Part shown: piece by piece, positions 1-20,922 of the stretch
How positions within the stretch are numbered: position 1 is the first letter of the stretch
Layout: each line of letters starts with the position of its first letter
NCBI RefSeq assembly: GCF_009914755.1
Contig: NC_060925.1
Reading direction: 5' to 3' (one strand)
Source: the human T2T-CHM13v2.0 reference genome, Homo sapiens
Length of the DNA: 64,000 bases
The notes under the pieces: model-generated
What the model was told of the DNA's origin: nothing
Database searches by the model: none
The model's input: only the letters and a program-made list of their open reading frames with translations
Program-made: the position numbers and the translations under genes

Positions 1-34
1 TATAAATACATAAGTAAGTGTATGTATAGTCCTA

Positions 35-1410
<1,376 letters not shown>

Positions 1411-1886
1411 GTCCTAATGTTAAGACTATCAACAGGGACTTCATCATCAAAGATGAACGCCCACATCAGTAGTATTCTTTAGTCTTGAGTTAAGGAGCTT
1501 CATTTAAAAGTCTACTGTTAAAAGACTCAAATTAAGTCTGAATTCCACTTAGAAATAATTTAATGATACAGCTGGTGTTTCATTATTTTTAAAGAATCAG
1601 ATTTAAATTCCCCCTTTGGAAGCACTGGGAAGAGGGGGATTCAAAGAAGTCTATCTAGGTGAGGAAGGAAAGAGTCTCCTGGGCAGAACTCATCCTAAGG
1701 GAGCTGGAGCCAGACTGGACCCAGCTGAGCCCGTAACAAAACCCTGAGGGAGGGAGGGTAGATGGTGTCGGTCACTCACTTGCCTTCTAGCCTGGGTGCC
1801 CATGGACTCATAGCTCATCTCAGTCCTTTGGAGGATGGTATAAGAAGGGAGGGCTGCAAGTAAAAATGTAAAGAACTTTTAGGAAT

Positions 1887-2443
1887 TGTGTTAGGGTTCT
1901 CCCGAGAGACAGAACCAATAGGATAGATCTAGATCTATAGATATATGAGAGGGGGTTTATTAGGGAATTGGCTCACTGGATTCTGGAGGCTGAGAAGCCC
2001 CTCAATAGGGTGCATCTGCAAGCGGGAGCCCCTGGGATGCTGGTAGTGTGGCTCAGTCCAAGTCTGAAAGCCCTAGAACTAGGGAAGCTGATGGTGTACT
2101 TCTCAAACTGAAGTCAAAGGCCCAAGAACCTAGGGGGCTGCTGGTGTAAGTCCTGGAGTCCCAAGGCCAGAGAGCCGGGAGTTCTGATGACTGAGGGCAG
2201 GAGTAGGAGAGTGTCCCAGCTCCAGGAGAGAGGAAATCCTTTTCTCTCCTTTTTTTGTTCTATCTGGGCCCCCAGCCAGTTGGATGGTGCCCGCCCACAT
2301 TGAGGGTGGGTCTTCCCCACTCAGTCCACTGACTCACACACCAGTCTCCTGTGGAAACCCTGGCAGACACACCCAGAAACAGTGCTTCACCAGTTCTCTA
2401 TTCCTTAATCCAGTCAAGTTGGCACCTAAAATTAACCATCACA
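1887..2443 (-). mobile_element. MLT2 (ERVL) solo LTR
   Basis: Ends in CAGTCAAGTTGGCACCTAAAATTAACCATCACA (reverse of the MLT2 start TGTGATGGTTAATTTT); GAGACAGAACCAATAGGA at the other end. Confidence 0.88.
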
Positions 2444-2607
2444 GTGGTAATTTCAGAAAACACTGGACATAAGCTGTACCTGCCTTTGATGTCATATTAC
2501 AAAGAGGGCATTGTCCCTTACCTTGTAATAAACCCCCATTGCTTTGGCAACTTATGGCAGGACCACCAGAGGTGTCCCCATGGCCAGTAGGAGTGAAGGT
2601 AGTAGAA

Positions 2608-2880
2608 ATAATAGCTGGCATTTATTCAGTGCCTGCTCTGCTTTAGGCACTATTCTAAGTACTTTATAAATATTAACCCATTTAATCATCACAAGCACCT
2701 CCACAAGGTAGGCTAGAGGTTAGTTAATGAAAATAATAACATTATTATTGTTTTTACAAGGGTAGAAACTAAGGCACAGAGGGGCTACATAATTTGCCCA
2801 GGGTCACACAGCTCGTCAAGGGCAAAGCCAGGATTCCAACCTAAGCTGGCAGTCACTAGAGCCCATGCTGTTAACATTAT
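2608..2880 (-). mobile_element. MIR SINE
   Basis: GAAACTAAGGCACAGAG...TTGCCCAGGGTCACACAGCT core. Confidence 0.8.
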
Positions 2881-2891
2881 ATAGTCTTTCA

Positions 2892-3107
<216 letters not shown>

Positions 3108-3812
3108 TCAGAAATAAACTGGAGATCCTCACAGAGCATCTTGATAGATAGCTGACTGTACTTGCTTTTGAGTACCTGTGAGATGTCCCTTGAGGACTGT
3201 CAGAATTATCTTGGAATGGAAGTGGGGCTACTTTGGAAGAGGCTGGGGTTAAATTAGCAATTAAAGTCAAGAAAAATGGAACAGGGGAGGTAATTATAAT
3301 TTGATCTTTAGATCAGATTCAGACTTAAGAAACATTACATTCATTGATGTTTTCAAGTTTGTCACCTTAAAGTTTTCTTGGAGTAAGTGGGATCATGACT
3401 TCTGATCTGTTCTTTCTCTGAGGTGACAGGCACATCTATATTTAGACCAATAGTCATGCGTCCATGGTGATGGATCAGTGTGTGCCTCCCAAAATGGCCG
3501 TGCAGTGCAATCCCACGTGTATCGTTATGAACAGATAAATCACCAGCACTGCACATTTCATGTACCCACACCAGAGGGACTTCTGTACGCATTTACTTAT
3601 TCAGCAGATAAACTCATATTTATGCTAGGACCATAGATAGCCACTTGGGCAAGTATCCATGAGCTCATGCAAGCAAGCCAACTCAGATTCAGTCACCTCA
3701 CAGGCAGAGTGAATTTAGAGCTCCAGAGGCCTCGTGCCTGCCTGAGAGCTATTCATTTCCATGAAGAATGTCACAATTTCTCCCACTGACACGAATCAGA
3801 AGCTGGGATTCT

Positions 3813-4113
<301 letters not shown>

Positions 4114-4199
4114 AGAAACTGGGATTCTCTTTAACCCCATCCATTCTTTCACCTCCCGCATCTCCTGTGTCACTAAACTCTATTGATCCTACCCTTTTC

Positions 4200-4700
<501 letters not shown>

Positions 4701-4789
4701 CCAGTCACACCAGACCTCTTGGGGCTCCTGGAACCTGTGGCCTGCTTTCAGTTGTGGATATTTGCTGAATGGATTCTTCCATTCATCCA

Positions 4790-5380
4790 AACCATCCATT
4801 CATTCTTTCAACACACACACACACGTATATATACACATACACACATTATACACGCACACACACACACACACACGCACACACATACATATATGTATATATT
4901 ATTGGGAAGCCCCCTGAGCCAGAATAGGTTCAGAGACTCCCTCAACAAATATTTTTTGAGCACTTGCTATATGCAAGACACTTCAAGGTGCTAGAAATAT
5001 GCAGTGAACAAGACACAAAATCTTTACTTCCATGGAGCTTATATTCTTATAAGCTTACACAAACTTATATTCTAGTCTTGTATTGTGTCTCCTAGGGAAG
5101 ACCAGCAAAAAGAAATAAATAAACAGGAAATGCATCAAAAAGAAAGAAACAGGAAATGTATCAGGTGGTGTGACGGTATGATGGTATGACGTGCTAGGCA
5201 GAGAATTAAAGAAGGACCACATGACATAGTGCGTGGGAAGACCCTGTCTACTGAATGGCCAGGGAGGGCCTCTCTCAGGGGTACCCTTGAGGCTGAGATC
5301 TGAATGAACTACTCTCGTGAAGATCAGGGTAAAGAGCATTCCAGGCAGAGGGAACAGATAATACAAAGGACTTAGGGTAA
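4790..5380 (-). mobile_element. L2 3' end
   Basis: CATTCATTCTTTCAACA...CAAATATTTTTTGAGCACTTGCTATATGCAAGACAC...CATGGAGCTTATATTCT. Confidence 0.7.
4812..4899. repeat. Compound (CA)n/(TA)n microsatellite
   Basis: Direct reading. Confidence 0.9.
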
Positions 5381-6659
5381 GAACGAACTGACTTTTAGAA
5401 TAAACACCCTGGTTAGCTAAAGCCAGGGCATTAAAAGGACACAATGAAGAAAATGCCTCTAAGGGAGATAGAACCGAAGGGAGATCATAGCTGGTTGTGG
5501 AGCCAAAGGTAAATTATTCTTTAAGATGTACTAGATACTTATTGGCAGCTGCTAATAGCAAAATAAAAAAGGTCCTGTTGTTCACAACTGAGGCACAAAA
5601 GTACTTAGGAATGTAGGGAGCAGACACCCCCTCCACATTTCACTTGGAGCCATGCGGTCTGTGTCAAGATGGCCTGTGTGAAGAGCCACCAGTTATAGTT
5701 CATGTGGGTTTCCATTATTCTTTGGGCCTTCACTTTGCCCAAGGCACACAGTTAATATAACCACAAGAATGTGAACACTTTTATTTGTTCTGAAATATGC
5801 TTTTAACCTTTACAGTGGGAAAGGCCCTTAATTTATCTATTCCTTATTATTTTCCAGCCTCATATTTTCTATTTCCTTTCTGTGCTCCCTGAAAAACAAG
5901 ATGCCATGTCTAAAATCCTGTGTGCCTTTGTGCAGGGCAAAGCCATGTCCTCGTGCACAGTCATGGGGTATGGCCGAGGGTTATGTAACAAGAGCTGTTC
6001 CTAGTGCAGTTGGCTCCTGCAGGAGACCATGATGTGGCAACTACAAAGCTCATCGCAGGTAGGCTGAGCATGAACTTGTCAAGCAAGAGCCGTGGCTCGG
6101 GGCAGCCTCTTGGTCAGCTTTGTTCTGACTCAGAATTATTCCCTTGAAATGCTTGGTTTGGGTTCAAAAGACCCAAGAGTTCTGTTTCATAGAGGGGTGC
6201 TCCTGCCAGAGTCATGATGTACTAGAGATCAATACTTTTTTTCTCTCCCCAGTGGGTGGGTAGATATTGGAAACTAGATCTGTTCTGATAAAAGTGTTCC
6301 CATTCTTGTGGTTATGTTAACCGAATAGCTTGGTCACACCAAGGCTGTGTCTAGACAATGTAATAGAGCCTGCTATGGCACAATGATCTAGTTTTGTTTT
6401 TCATTTAATTATGTTCCTGGTTATTCTTGTGAGTATTGACTATCTAGAAAACTTATTCACCCATATGCCATATTTTAGGATTGAAAGGAATTTTGGACCT
6501 CTAAACTTTTCAGACAAGGCAACTGAGGCCCAGAATGATTAGATCTTTGGCCCAGGGGAAGAAAATAGGTTGGTGTCAGCTGGCTTTAACAGTCTTGGCT
6601 CCCTGACTTCCAGAACAGTTCTATCCCCAGTCAGATTGCTTCTGGTTCGTAAAGTGGGG

Positions 6660-7299
<640 letters not shown>

Positions 7300-7337
7300 A
7301 AAGTGGGCTGTATTTCAAGAAGAAATGGATATTTTAA

Positions 7338-7658
<321 letters not shown>

Positions 7659-7688
7659 TCAGGGCCAAAAGAAGATAGCTTAAGATTA

Positions 7689-8338
<650 letters not shown>

Positions 8339-8477
8339 TCATGATACTATGAAACAAATCTATTTGGCACCTGTAGTCACTGGAAGTTGCAACTCTTATG
8401 CTAAGTTCTAACACCATAATCAGAAGAACTTTGGATATTTCACTGTGAGGTTGTTGCATGCCTTTGACAAGGTGGGA

Positions 8478-8655
8478 TTTTTTTTTTTTTTTAATTTTTA
8501 GAGATGGGTTCTTGTTATATTGCCCAGACTGGAATGCAGAGTGCAGGCTATTCATAGGCATGATCAAAGTGTACTACAGCCTCAAAATTGTGGGATCAAG
8601 CCATCCTTCTGCCTCAGCCTCCTTCATGGCTGGGACTACAGGTGCCCTGCTACCT
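8478..8655 (-). mobile_element. FAM (fossil Alu monomer)
   Basis: GGCTATTCATAGGCATGATC 7SL-like segment; flanking repeat CCTTTGACAAG. Confidence 0.75.
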
Positions 8656-9799
8656 TTGACAAGTTTTGAAAGATTTTCATAGCATTGAGGGGAGAAGAAA
8701 AGTGAAACAAAGAGAAGAAATGGGACCCTTCTTTATCCTCCCTCCCCTCAACAGAACTATTAAAACCCGAGATCAGTTTGTTTAGACACTAGTCATATTG
8801 TCCAAAAGATTGCGCATTAAGAATCTCTGTCTTAACTTTAGGCAGAATTATCTTGAACTGTTCTAGTAGGATGGTAATCATGACAGCACAGCTACTGGGG
8901 AAATTAGAACTGAGGTTTCCTCTCTTCCGTTTGCTGAAATAACAGCAAAACTGCTTGAAGAAAACGCACTATATTATTCTAAGAAGTAAATTACAAATAA
9001 GCAACACCCAAAATGTCCCTTACTCATGGTTCCTTGAGTAAAAGGTGCTATGCTTTATCTACCCAATATTGTGAGTAGTATCATTTACAGGCTCATTTCT
9101 ACTAGTAAGTTTTTTTTTTTTTTTTTCAGATCTCTGCTTCTAGCTGTCCTTCCACTCTATCAACTAATATTTCTTTTGCAAAGCTAGGAGGCTTGGTAAG
9201 GTTAAAAATAATTCAACTATATTGTGTTGAACATAATTGAAATGTCATAAACCATCCAGAGAGCAGGAGAACCAGTTCTCTCTTGTTTCTATTGGTGTAG
9301 TCTGTTTACATTTCTGGTCCCGTCCCTGAAGCTTGGACTGAGAGACCTGGTGAGGAATGTTTCCTCTGTAGTTTCGACAGGCACAGCTATTTGTCACTGC
9401 CTCAGAAGCTGCGTGGCTGCAGGTGAGGAAGGCTGCCCTTATGGGAGGGATAATTATGGTCAGTGACCTGTCTGAGCTTGGCCTCACTCTGCACCCAAGC
9501 TCGTGACTGGCTCAGAAAGTCTTCTGCTTCTGTGTTCACATCAATGATTTCCTTCCTTGCTTTCTAGAAGAGAATCGGCCTCTGGTACTGGTGAAGAGAC
9601 CGGAGATTTTCAGTTAGGCATTTTACCTGGCTGAGTGCAGGGCTTGGAGGTGGAGTCGCTTGTGGAAGGATTAACTAGAGGGAGGAGTCACTGTCATTAG
9701 GATACCATACACATGGCAAAACCAAATATAACCACCCACCTCCTCTGACTCACCTACTTAAAGCATGAATAACCTGGAGGGGGTGGTGGCAAGCAGGTA

Positions 9800-10159
9800 C
9801 AGAGATGCTCCTTGACTTTCAGTAGGTTTGTATCTCAATAAACCCATTGTAAGTAGAAAATATTGTAAGTCGAAAATGCATTTAATCCACCTAACCTACA
9901 GAACTTCATAGCTTAGCCTAGCCTACCTTAAACGTGCTCAGAACACTACAGTAGCCTACAGTTGGGCAAAATCATCTAACACAAAGCCTATTATATAATA
10001 ATGTCGAATATTATGTAATTGAATACTGTACAGAAAGTAAAAAAACAGAATGGTTGTATGGGTACTCAAAGTATGGTTTCTACTGAATGTGTATTGCTTT
10101 CACACCATCATAAAGTTGAAAAATTGTAAGCTGAACCATCATAGGTCAGGGACCATCTG
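9800..10159. mobile_element. TcMar-Tigger MITE (MER47A-like)
   Basis: TA TSD at 9798 and 10160; CAG...CTG terminal inverted repeats; internal CATAGCTTAGCCTAGCCTACCTTAAACGTGCTCAGAACAC; 360 bp. Confidence 0.88.
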
Positions 10160-11252
10160 TATTTGAATGAGTGAGGTGGGGGCCTGAATCCACCCTCCTC
10201 CTCCTCTCACCACCCCATCCTCAAGATACACATAGACCAGTGAAGTCTGTCTTGGCCTTGTGAAACCCTTACCATCTGAATGGCCTAATGAAGTAGAACT
10301 TGTGACTGATAGGAAGACTTTGGAGAGGTTTGGAATGTTCTTTGACTTACCAGGAATCTAGTAGACCCAGGATTATCCAAATGTCACCAAACAGTGAGTT
10401 CAGTGCCCAGAGGGGAGGCCCATTATTAACCCTTCCTTGAGGTAGACACACCCAGTGTAGATGAGGGTGATGCTGGGTGGTCCCTGCCCAAGGCTTAGTC
10501 TGACCCTACTCAGGAAGGGGATATAATAGGAATAGCATTATGAGAGGTTCTTTCTGTTCTGTACCCCTTATGTGTTATAAGATAATGGAGGAAAATCTCA
10601 GTTGCCAAACCTGTGTCGGCCACATTAAAGCAACAGTTACTATATCAGTCATGGTAAATGAATGGTGGTCCAGGTATAAACATTGTTTTACCCCTTGATA
10701 TTTTTATATGAAGCATTTGGCTTGAACCTTATGTTTGAAACATCAAACATAGTGTATTGTCATATTGAATATGAATACTACCAGTGTTTTAATAATAACT
10801 GACATTATATTTGTGGCACCACAGGTGTATCATTTTAAATTCTCTATATATAGCATTTAAAGTGTATAGTGACTAAAGTAATTACTGTTGCTTCATGTGG
10901 TGAATATGGGATGTGCCAGTTTAGCAGATGTGGTTACTCAACTCACATAAAAAGGTCACCTTAATCTGTCAGAAATCGTGGAAGTCACATCTCAAGTAGG
11001 ATTGAAACATGCATAATATGGTCCATGAAGAGGGCACTCTTTTCTTCCCTGCTCCCCTCTCCTCACACCACCTCCTGCTTCTTTTCACAAGCTCTGCATT
11101 GTTCTGCATAGCAACGTTCCATCCACAAAAAGCTCCAGTGTGTAGGGGGTCTGAATCCTGTCTGATCCCTTCCCTAGCCCCATAGCTCAGACATGAGATG
11201 TGGTCCAGGGAGCAGCCTAGACAAGTGCCAATGGGACATGTAAAGATTCCCC

Positions 11253-11562
11253 TTTCTTTTCTTTCTTTAAGTGTTTTTTGGAGACAGGGTCTCACTTTGT
11301 TGCCTGGGCTGGAGTGCGGTGGTGCAGTCACGGCTCACAGTAGCCTGGACCTCCCGGGCTCGAGCCATCCTCCCACCTCAGCTTCCCAAGCAGTTGGGAC
11401 AATAAGTGCGTGCCACCACACCCAGCTAATTTTTGTATTTTTTGTAGAGATAGGATTGTACCGTGTTGCTCAGGCTGGTCTCAAACCCCTGGCCTCATGA
11501 GATCCTCCCACCTCGGCCTCCGAAAGTGCCGGGATTACAGGCATGAGCCACTGTGCCCGGCC
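11253..11562 (-). mobile_element. Alu (AluJ-like)
   Basis: TSD AAAGATTCCCC at 11242 and 11563. Confidence 0.95.
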
Positions 11563-12118
11563 AAAGATTCCCCCTGTCTTTTTGACACTCTTCAGCTGTG
11601 CCCTCCCAGGGAAGACATTAGCTCACTCTGCAGCCACTTGTGCCATTCTCGTGCCCTCCTTGCACAAGGCCTTGTCATAACTGCTTCACTCTCCTGGTCT
11701 GCCAGTGCAGGTATCAGTGATCCAAGAAGATACAGGAAGAGGCTTGTGTGGGAGTCGCCTGGAGCCCTCCATGGTATGTTGGCTCTACAAGAGCTAGGCA
11801 TGTGGTGCCAGGGCGTGGGAGCAGCAAGGCCACCCCGCTCAGGCCTCTGCCCTGGAGGAAGGGTGGTGTAACTGCCCCTGGACGACAGCCTGGATGTGGC
11901 GAGGGGAGACGGTCCACACCCTGCTCTCAAGCATGGAGGTCGAATGTTTCTAGGTCAGCAGCTCAGGACAGCAGGCAGGTCAGGCCTGGTAGAGGAAGTG
12001 CATGTGAGGAGTCAGTGGGAAGTGAGTAAGAGATGGTGGTGGTAAACTAGGAGGTGCTCCTACAAACAGAATTGGATTTTCCCTTTTAAAACAAGGATGG
12101 CCGTAGCTGAGCCCTCCT

Positions 12119-12121
<3 letters not shown>

Positions 12122-12162
<41 letters not shown>
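12122..12162. repeat. (TG)20 microsatellite
   Basis: Direct reading. Confidence 0.97.
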
Positions 12163-12164
<2 letters not shown>

Positions 12165-14041
12165 GTGTCCTCTTCTGTTCTCCGCCCCTACTGAAGGAAG
12201 GAGATAGCTCTGGCTTCCAAAAGTAGCCTTGCAGCTGTAGGAGGACTGACTCTGCCTAGCCTTTACATTTCCCATGTAAAATTTAACAGTGCTTTCACAG
12301 AGCTTCTCTAAAGATCAAAGGGTACCCAACTGAATGGGAATCTGTGGTCTGGGGATTTTTTTTTTTTTTTTTTTTTTGTCTGTAGCTTCCCTTCCTCCCT
12401 CCCTGCAACACTAAGTAGACGAAATATTGGGCCAAAGGGCCAAGGAATCCTGTTAAGGGAGGAATCTCGCGGTCTCATTTCCAGCCAGGCACTTTTCTGT
12501 TCTTGTAACTTTCCAGTCGTAATTTGGGGATTACTGTTGATAACTCTGACACCTGGTGGTCATTTCAAAAACTGCACTCTGGAAGAATTAAACGTTCACT
12601 TTTATCATTTTTAGTTGTTTTTCCACCTCCAATGTCAGTGTCAATAATATGCATTTTATAAATTAGTGATTATTGTTAGTTGAATGATCTATAAGTAAAA
12701 TCCTTGCACATGCATTCAACAGAATACACTAGGATAGAAAATTTCTGAAAGGTATACCAGAAGCTATACATGGTGGTCCCTAGAGAGTGCAGCTAGGTGT
12801 GGGGAGGAAGCAGACTTATTTTACTTTATGCCAGTTAGTGCCCTTTGAAATGGTCTTAAACAGAAATAGTGTATTACTGTAATAATTATAGTGAAGTACT
12901 GCACTTGGGCAGGATATTCCCTTCCAGGGCTCCTACCCTCTCCTGATTTTGCATCCAGGGACGTCCTCTGTGCTTTTGAATGTATTAAGGAGTGACGTAC
13001 GGCTGGATTCACTCTGATCTCATTCACTGACAGTGGTGGGAGAGCCCAGAGCTGAGTAGAAACTGGTTCTGGGGCATCGTGTGGCTAGGGTGCCAAAGCC
13101 GAGAAAGGTCCCGTAGTCCCTGTGTGGTCAGCAGGGAAGGCAGCAGTGCTCTGTCAGTATTGATTCTTCAGGGGCAGGCTGCCCACTTACCAAAGTTATG
13201 CTTAGCAGAGGGGCTCTGGCTCACTCCCCGTCCCTCATCCTACCAGGTGTGAGGCTGCCAGGAGCCGATCGCACAAGGCTTGGCAAGGCAGATGCTCCCC
13301 AGCTCCTGACATCAGAGAGAAGGGCTGGGATTGTGGCCTGCGGTTGGTGGGCAGGAGAGCCTGGTCTGATGACAGCAACCACCCTTTGACTACCTTCTCT
13401 GTGGCTGTTACTGTCTGATTCCAACCTTCCACTGTTGAACAGACCTCCTACCACTTTCCTACTACTCCCCCTAATGATAACATACTGAACTCACTTTTAT
13501 GAATTTGTTGAGACCTTACCACTTTTCAAGTGTGTGTTCAGGAACAGCAAACTTTTGTCTTGCTTGGATCCACCCACATACCCAAATCACCATGGGTATC
13601 AGACACACTGGGTAGCTGAGTGCTCAGAGGAAGATGCGAGGTATTCAGGGAAAGTGTCAGTGGGGTCTCCCAGTGCCTGTTTGGTCCACAGTTAGGAGAG
13701 GCCCTGCTTGCACTTCTAATACAGTCCCGGAAAGACGGGGCCAGAACTTAGGAGGGGAGCGCTTTGCAGCAACTTTTCAAGAAAAGGGGAAAATTTAAGC
13801 ACCATACTGTTATGTGGTCCTTGTACCCAGAGGCCCTGTTCAGCTCCAGTGATCAGCTCTCTTAGGGCACACCCTCCAAGGTGCCTAAATGCCATCCCAG
13901 GATTGGTTCCAGTGTCTATTATCTGTTTGACTCCAAATGGCCAAACACCTGACTTCCTCTCTGGTAGCCTGGCTTTTATCTTCTAGGACATCCAGGGCCC
14001 CTCTCTTTGCCTTCCCCTCTTTCTTCCTTCTACTGCTTCAG

Positions 14042-14405
14042 CAGACATCATGTGACCTTGAGGATGGATGTCACATGCTGGAGGAAACAGAAGGCCGAAA
14101 CCCTGATGACTTCACAGAGCTGCCAAAACAGTTCCTGACTGTTTATTCCGGGTCTTTAACAAAGTGATGAAAAGAAATCCTTGCAGTATGAAAACAACTT
14201 TTCTATTCCATGGAGCCAAACCTCATTATAACAGATAACGTGACCCTCAGCGATATCCCAAGTATTTTCCTGTTCTCATCTATACTATGGCAAAGGGGCA
14301 AATACCTCTCAGTAAAGAAAGAAATAACAACTTCTATCTTGGGCGAGGCATTTCTTCTGTTAGAACTTTGTACACGGAATAAAATAGATCTGTTTGTGCT
14401 TATCT
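14042..14405 (+). ncRNA. Candidate terminal exon of a spliced non-coding transcript; the 5' part resembles an MLT1 LTR
   Basis: Long polypyrimidine tract and CAGCAG acceptor at 14039-14044; AATAAA at 14378-14383 followed by U/GU-rich sequence; no expression evidence. Confidence 0.4.
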
Positions 14406-14713
14406 TTCTCCTTAGAATTATTGAATTTGAAGTCTTTCCCAGGGTGGGGGTGGAGTGAAGCTGGGGTTTCATAAGCACATAGATAGTAGTGTCTCTTAGC
14501 TTCCGTTTAAATATGGGGGTAGCGATGTGGAGGGCCCAGAAGTATCAGAGAGGAGAGACAGGCTGCTCTGATTGCCTTTGTAAAATGCACATTTGAGCTT
14601 GTGCAAAGCCCTGGGCCTGAGCTCAGAAAAAGCAAGGCCAGGAATGAGGCTCTTGGTTCAGTTCCCCTGCACACCCTGGGCGGGGAGGGGTTGTTAGAGT
14701 CATGGAACCCCTA

Positions 14714-15023
14714 TTTTTTTTTTTTTTTTTGACCGGGTCTTGCTTGGTCACCCAGCCAGAGTGCAGAGGTATGTGCACAGCTCACTGCAGCCTCAACTTC
14801 CTGGGCTCAAGCGATCTTCCTGCCTCAGCCCCCAGAGTTGCTGGAGCTACAGCCCCATGCCACTACACCTGTCTAACTTTTGTACTTTTTGTAGAGACAG
14901 GGTTTTGTCATATCGCCCAGGCTGCTCTCGAACTCCTGAGCTTAAGACCAGGTTGCTCAAGTGATCCACCCACGTCGGCCTCCCAGGGTGCTAGGATTAC
15001 AGGCATGATCTACCCCTCCTGGT
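14714..15023 (-). mobile_element. Alu (AluJ-like)
   Basis: Poly-T followed by antisense Alu. Confidence 0.92.
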
Positions 15024-15607
15024 TTATCTTTCTTAAGCTTGGAGTCATCTTTTTAAAACAGCCACAATGAGGTATAATTGATATACAATACACTGCTTAT
15101 ATTTAAAGTGGATAATTTGATAAGTTTTGCCATATGTTTACATCTGTGAAACTGTCACCACAATCAACAGGGGGATCATATCCATCACCCACAAAAGTTT
15201 TCTTAGGCCTCTTCCCCCTGAGAAAACCCTCTCTCTGGCAGCCACTGAACTGCTTTCTGTCCCTGCAGATTCGTTTGCATTTTCTTAAGTTTTATATAAA
15301 TGGAATCATAGAGTACGTGCTCTTCTTTTGTCTGTCTTCTTTCACGCAGCATAATTATTTTTTAGATTCTTGTGTCTTGTGTGTGTCAATTCTTTTCTTT
15401 TTATTGATGAATAACATTCCATTGTATGGATATACCACATCTGTACAGTTTGTTTAATCCATTCACCTGTCGATGGACATTTGGATCACTTCCAATATTT
15501 GGCTATTAAAATAAAGCTACTCTGAACATTTGTGTATGTGCCTTTGTGTTATTCTTGGGTATATATCCAGCAGTAGAATGCTAGATCATGTGGTAGGTTT
15601 TTTGGGT

Positions 15608-16135
<528 letters not shown>

Positions 16136-17171
16136 TCCATTGTATATTTTAAACAAAGGATGTTTAATACAGACTTATTTTTGATGCATTATACATTTTA
16201 AACAACATGAGTTTATAGCCAGTATGGCTTTTACTCCCCTTTCTTTAAGGGGAGATAAGCATACCAGTATTCTATAGAATAGTATCAGCACACAAGGCAC
16301 ACTTGCTTCCCTTTGCTTACCTCTGATTTAAGATCATAACTAAAAGGAATTTATTGAACCTATGGACGTATGTATTTACTTCTGAGTATATATCTCTTCC
16401 TCACATGCATATACCTTACATAAATGATTTCTTCAGTTACCATAGTGATTTAAACAGTTTTAAAACATCTTTATTAAGATTTTAACATACTACAAAATTC
16501 ACCCATTTAAAATGGACACAATTCATTGGTTTTTAGTAGATTAACAAAGTTGTGCAACAACCAGCACCACAATCTAAGTTTAGAATATTTCACCCCAAAA
16601 GAAAACCCATATCAATTAGCAGTCATTTCCCATTCTCTCCTCCATATGCCTCAGTTGTAGGCCACTAATCATGTACTTTCTTTTTCTATATATTTACTTA
16701 TTCTGGACATATATAAATGGAGTCATACAGTATATAGTTTTTTGTGACTGGCTTCTTTCACTTAGCACAGTGTTTTCAATGTTCATCCACGTTGTAGCAT
16801 TTATCAGTACTTCTTTCCTTTTTTTTAAAAAAAAGACTTTTACTTTTTAGAGCTGTTGTAGGTTCACAGCAAAATTGAGCTGAAAGTACAGGGTGTTCTC
16901 ATATACACCCTGCCCTGCTCCATGTAAACCCTCCCCCATTATCACCATCCGCACCGTTGGTGTATTTGTTACCATCAATGAACCTACATTGACATCACTA
17001 TCACTCAGTCCATAGTTTACAGTAGGGTTGGTTCACTCTTACCCTAATGTAGGGTTCATGTGGTGTCGTACATTCTATGGGTTTGGACAAACCTTTAATG
17101 ATGACATGTATCCACCATCGTAGTGTTGTACAGAGTAGTTTCACTGCCCTAAAAATCCTGTTATGTTTAAA

Positions 17172-18028
<857 letters not shown>

Positions 18029-18247
18029 TGTTTAACTTTTTAAGAAGCTACCAAAATGTTTTACAAAGTGCTTGTACTGTTTTCCATTCCCAATGATGTG
18101 TGAGAGTCCGGTTTCTTCATATCCTTGCTGACTCTTGGGATGGTCAGTCTTTTGTTAAAATGTTTTGTTAAAAATCCTTTGGCCATTTAAAAAATTGTGT
18201 TGTTTTCTCGTTATTAATTTTTGGAGTTATTAGCATGAATACAAGTC

Positions 18248-18539
<292 letters not shown>

Positions 18540-18577
18540 TGATACAAGTCTTTTATCAGATATGTGCTTTGTGATGA

Positions 18578-18916
<339 letters not shown>

Positions 18917-19132
18917 TGGATTGTCTTCATTCTTTTCGGAGTATCTTTTGAAGAGCTTAACCTTTAAATTTTGATGGAGTTCACTTTATATTTATTTTTT
19001 ATGGGTTATGCTCTTGGTGTCATGTCTAAGCAATCTTTGCCCCAAGGCCACAAAATTTTTCTCCAGTGTTTTCTTCTAGAAGTTTTATAGTTTTAGGTTA
19101 TTCATTTAGGTCAATGCTCTATTTTGAATTGA

Positions 19133-19257
19133 TTTTTTTTTTGAGATGGGGTCTCTATATGTTGCCCAGGCTGTTCTTAAATTCCTAGGCTCAAGGGATC
19201 CTCCTGCCTCAGCCTCCCAGGTAGCTGGGACTACAGGCATGTGCTACTGCACCCAGC
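19133..19257 (-). mobile_element. FLAM (Alu left monomer)
   Basis: About 125 bp antisense monomer. Confidence 0.8.
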
Positions 19258-19616
19258 TAGTTAGTTTAATTTTTGAATAGGTAATACTTTTCCGTGCCTG
19301 GCTTTAAGCTAATTTTTATGTATGGTGTGAGTTATGGATCAAAGTTCATTTCTTTCTTTTTTGCATGTGGATATCCAATTGTTCCAGAACTATTTCTTGA
19401 AAAAACTATCCTTTCTCCATTGGATTGCCTTGGCACCTTTGTAAAAAATTAGTTCTCCATTTATGTATGGATCTATTTCTGATTTCCATATTCTGTTCCA
19501 TTTATCTATTTTCCTTATTTATACCAAACCACACTGTTTTGATTCCTGTAGCTTTTAAATAAATCTTGAAGTCAGGTAGCATAAGTCTTCCAGCTGTATT
19601 CTTCTTTTTTTTAAAG

Positions 19617-20303
<687 letters not shown>

Positions 20304-20560
20304 TAAGTTTACAGGAGTCTACCTTTGTTTCCCTCCTCATAGCTTTTATGCTGTTGTTGTCATACGTTTTACTTACACATTTGTTATAAACCACAGTCTA
20401 TACTATTATTTTTGCTTGAACAGCCAGTTTTCTTTTTTAGATGTTTTATTTTGAAATAATTATAAACGGGATATTGCAAATAAATGTATAGAAAGGTCCT
20501 GTGCATCCTTCACTCCTCCTCCCTCAATGTTGACATTTTGCATAACTACATACCGTATCA

Positions 20561-20922
<362 letters not shown>

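Noticed and set aside
3500-3554. GTGCAGTGC...GCACTGCAC stem containing the miR-130-like CAGTGCAAT
   Set aside because: Only 9 bp pair, the interior does not form a pre-miRNA, and the rest does not match the mature miRNA.
13937-14167. 76 aa ORF with a signal-peptide-like N-terminus
   Set aside because: The hydrophobic run is the translation of a polypyrimidine tract and the remainder is LTR-like; no recognisable family.
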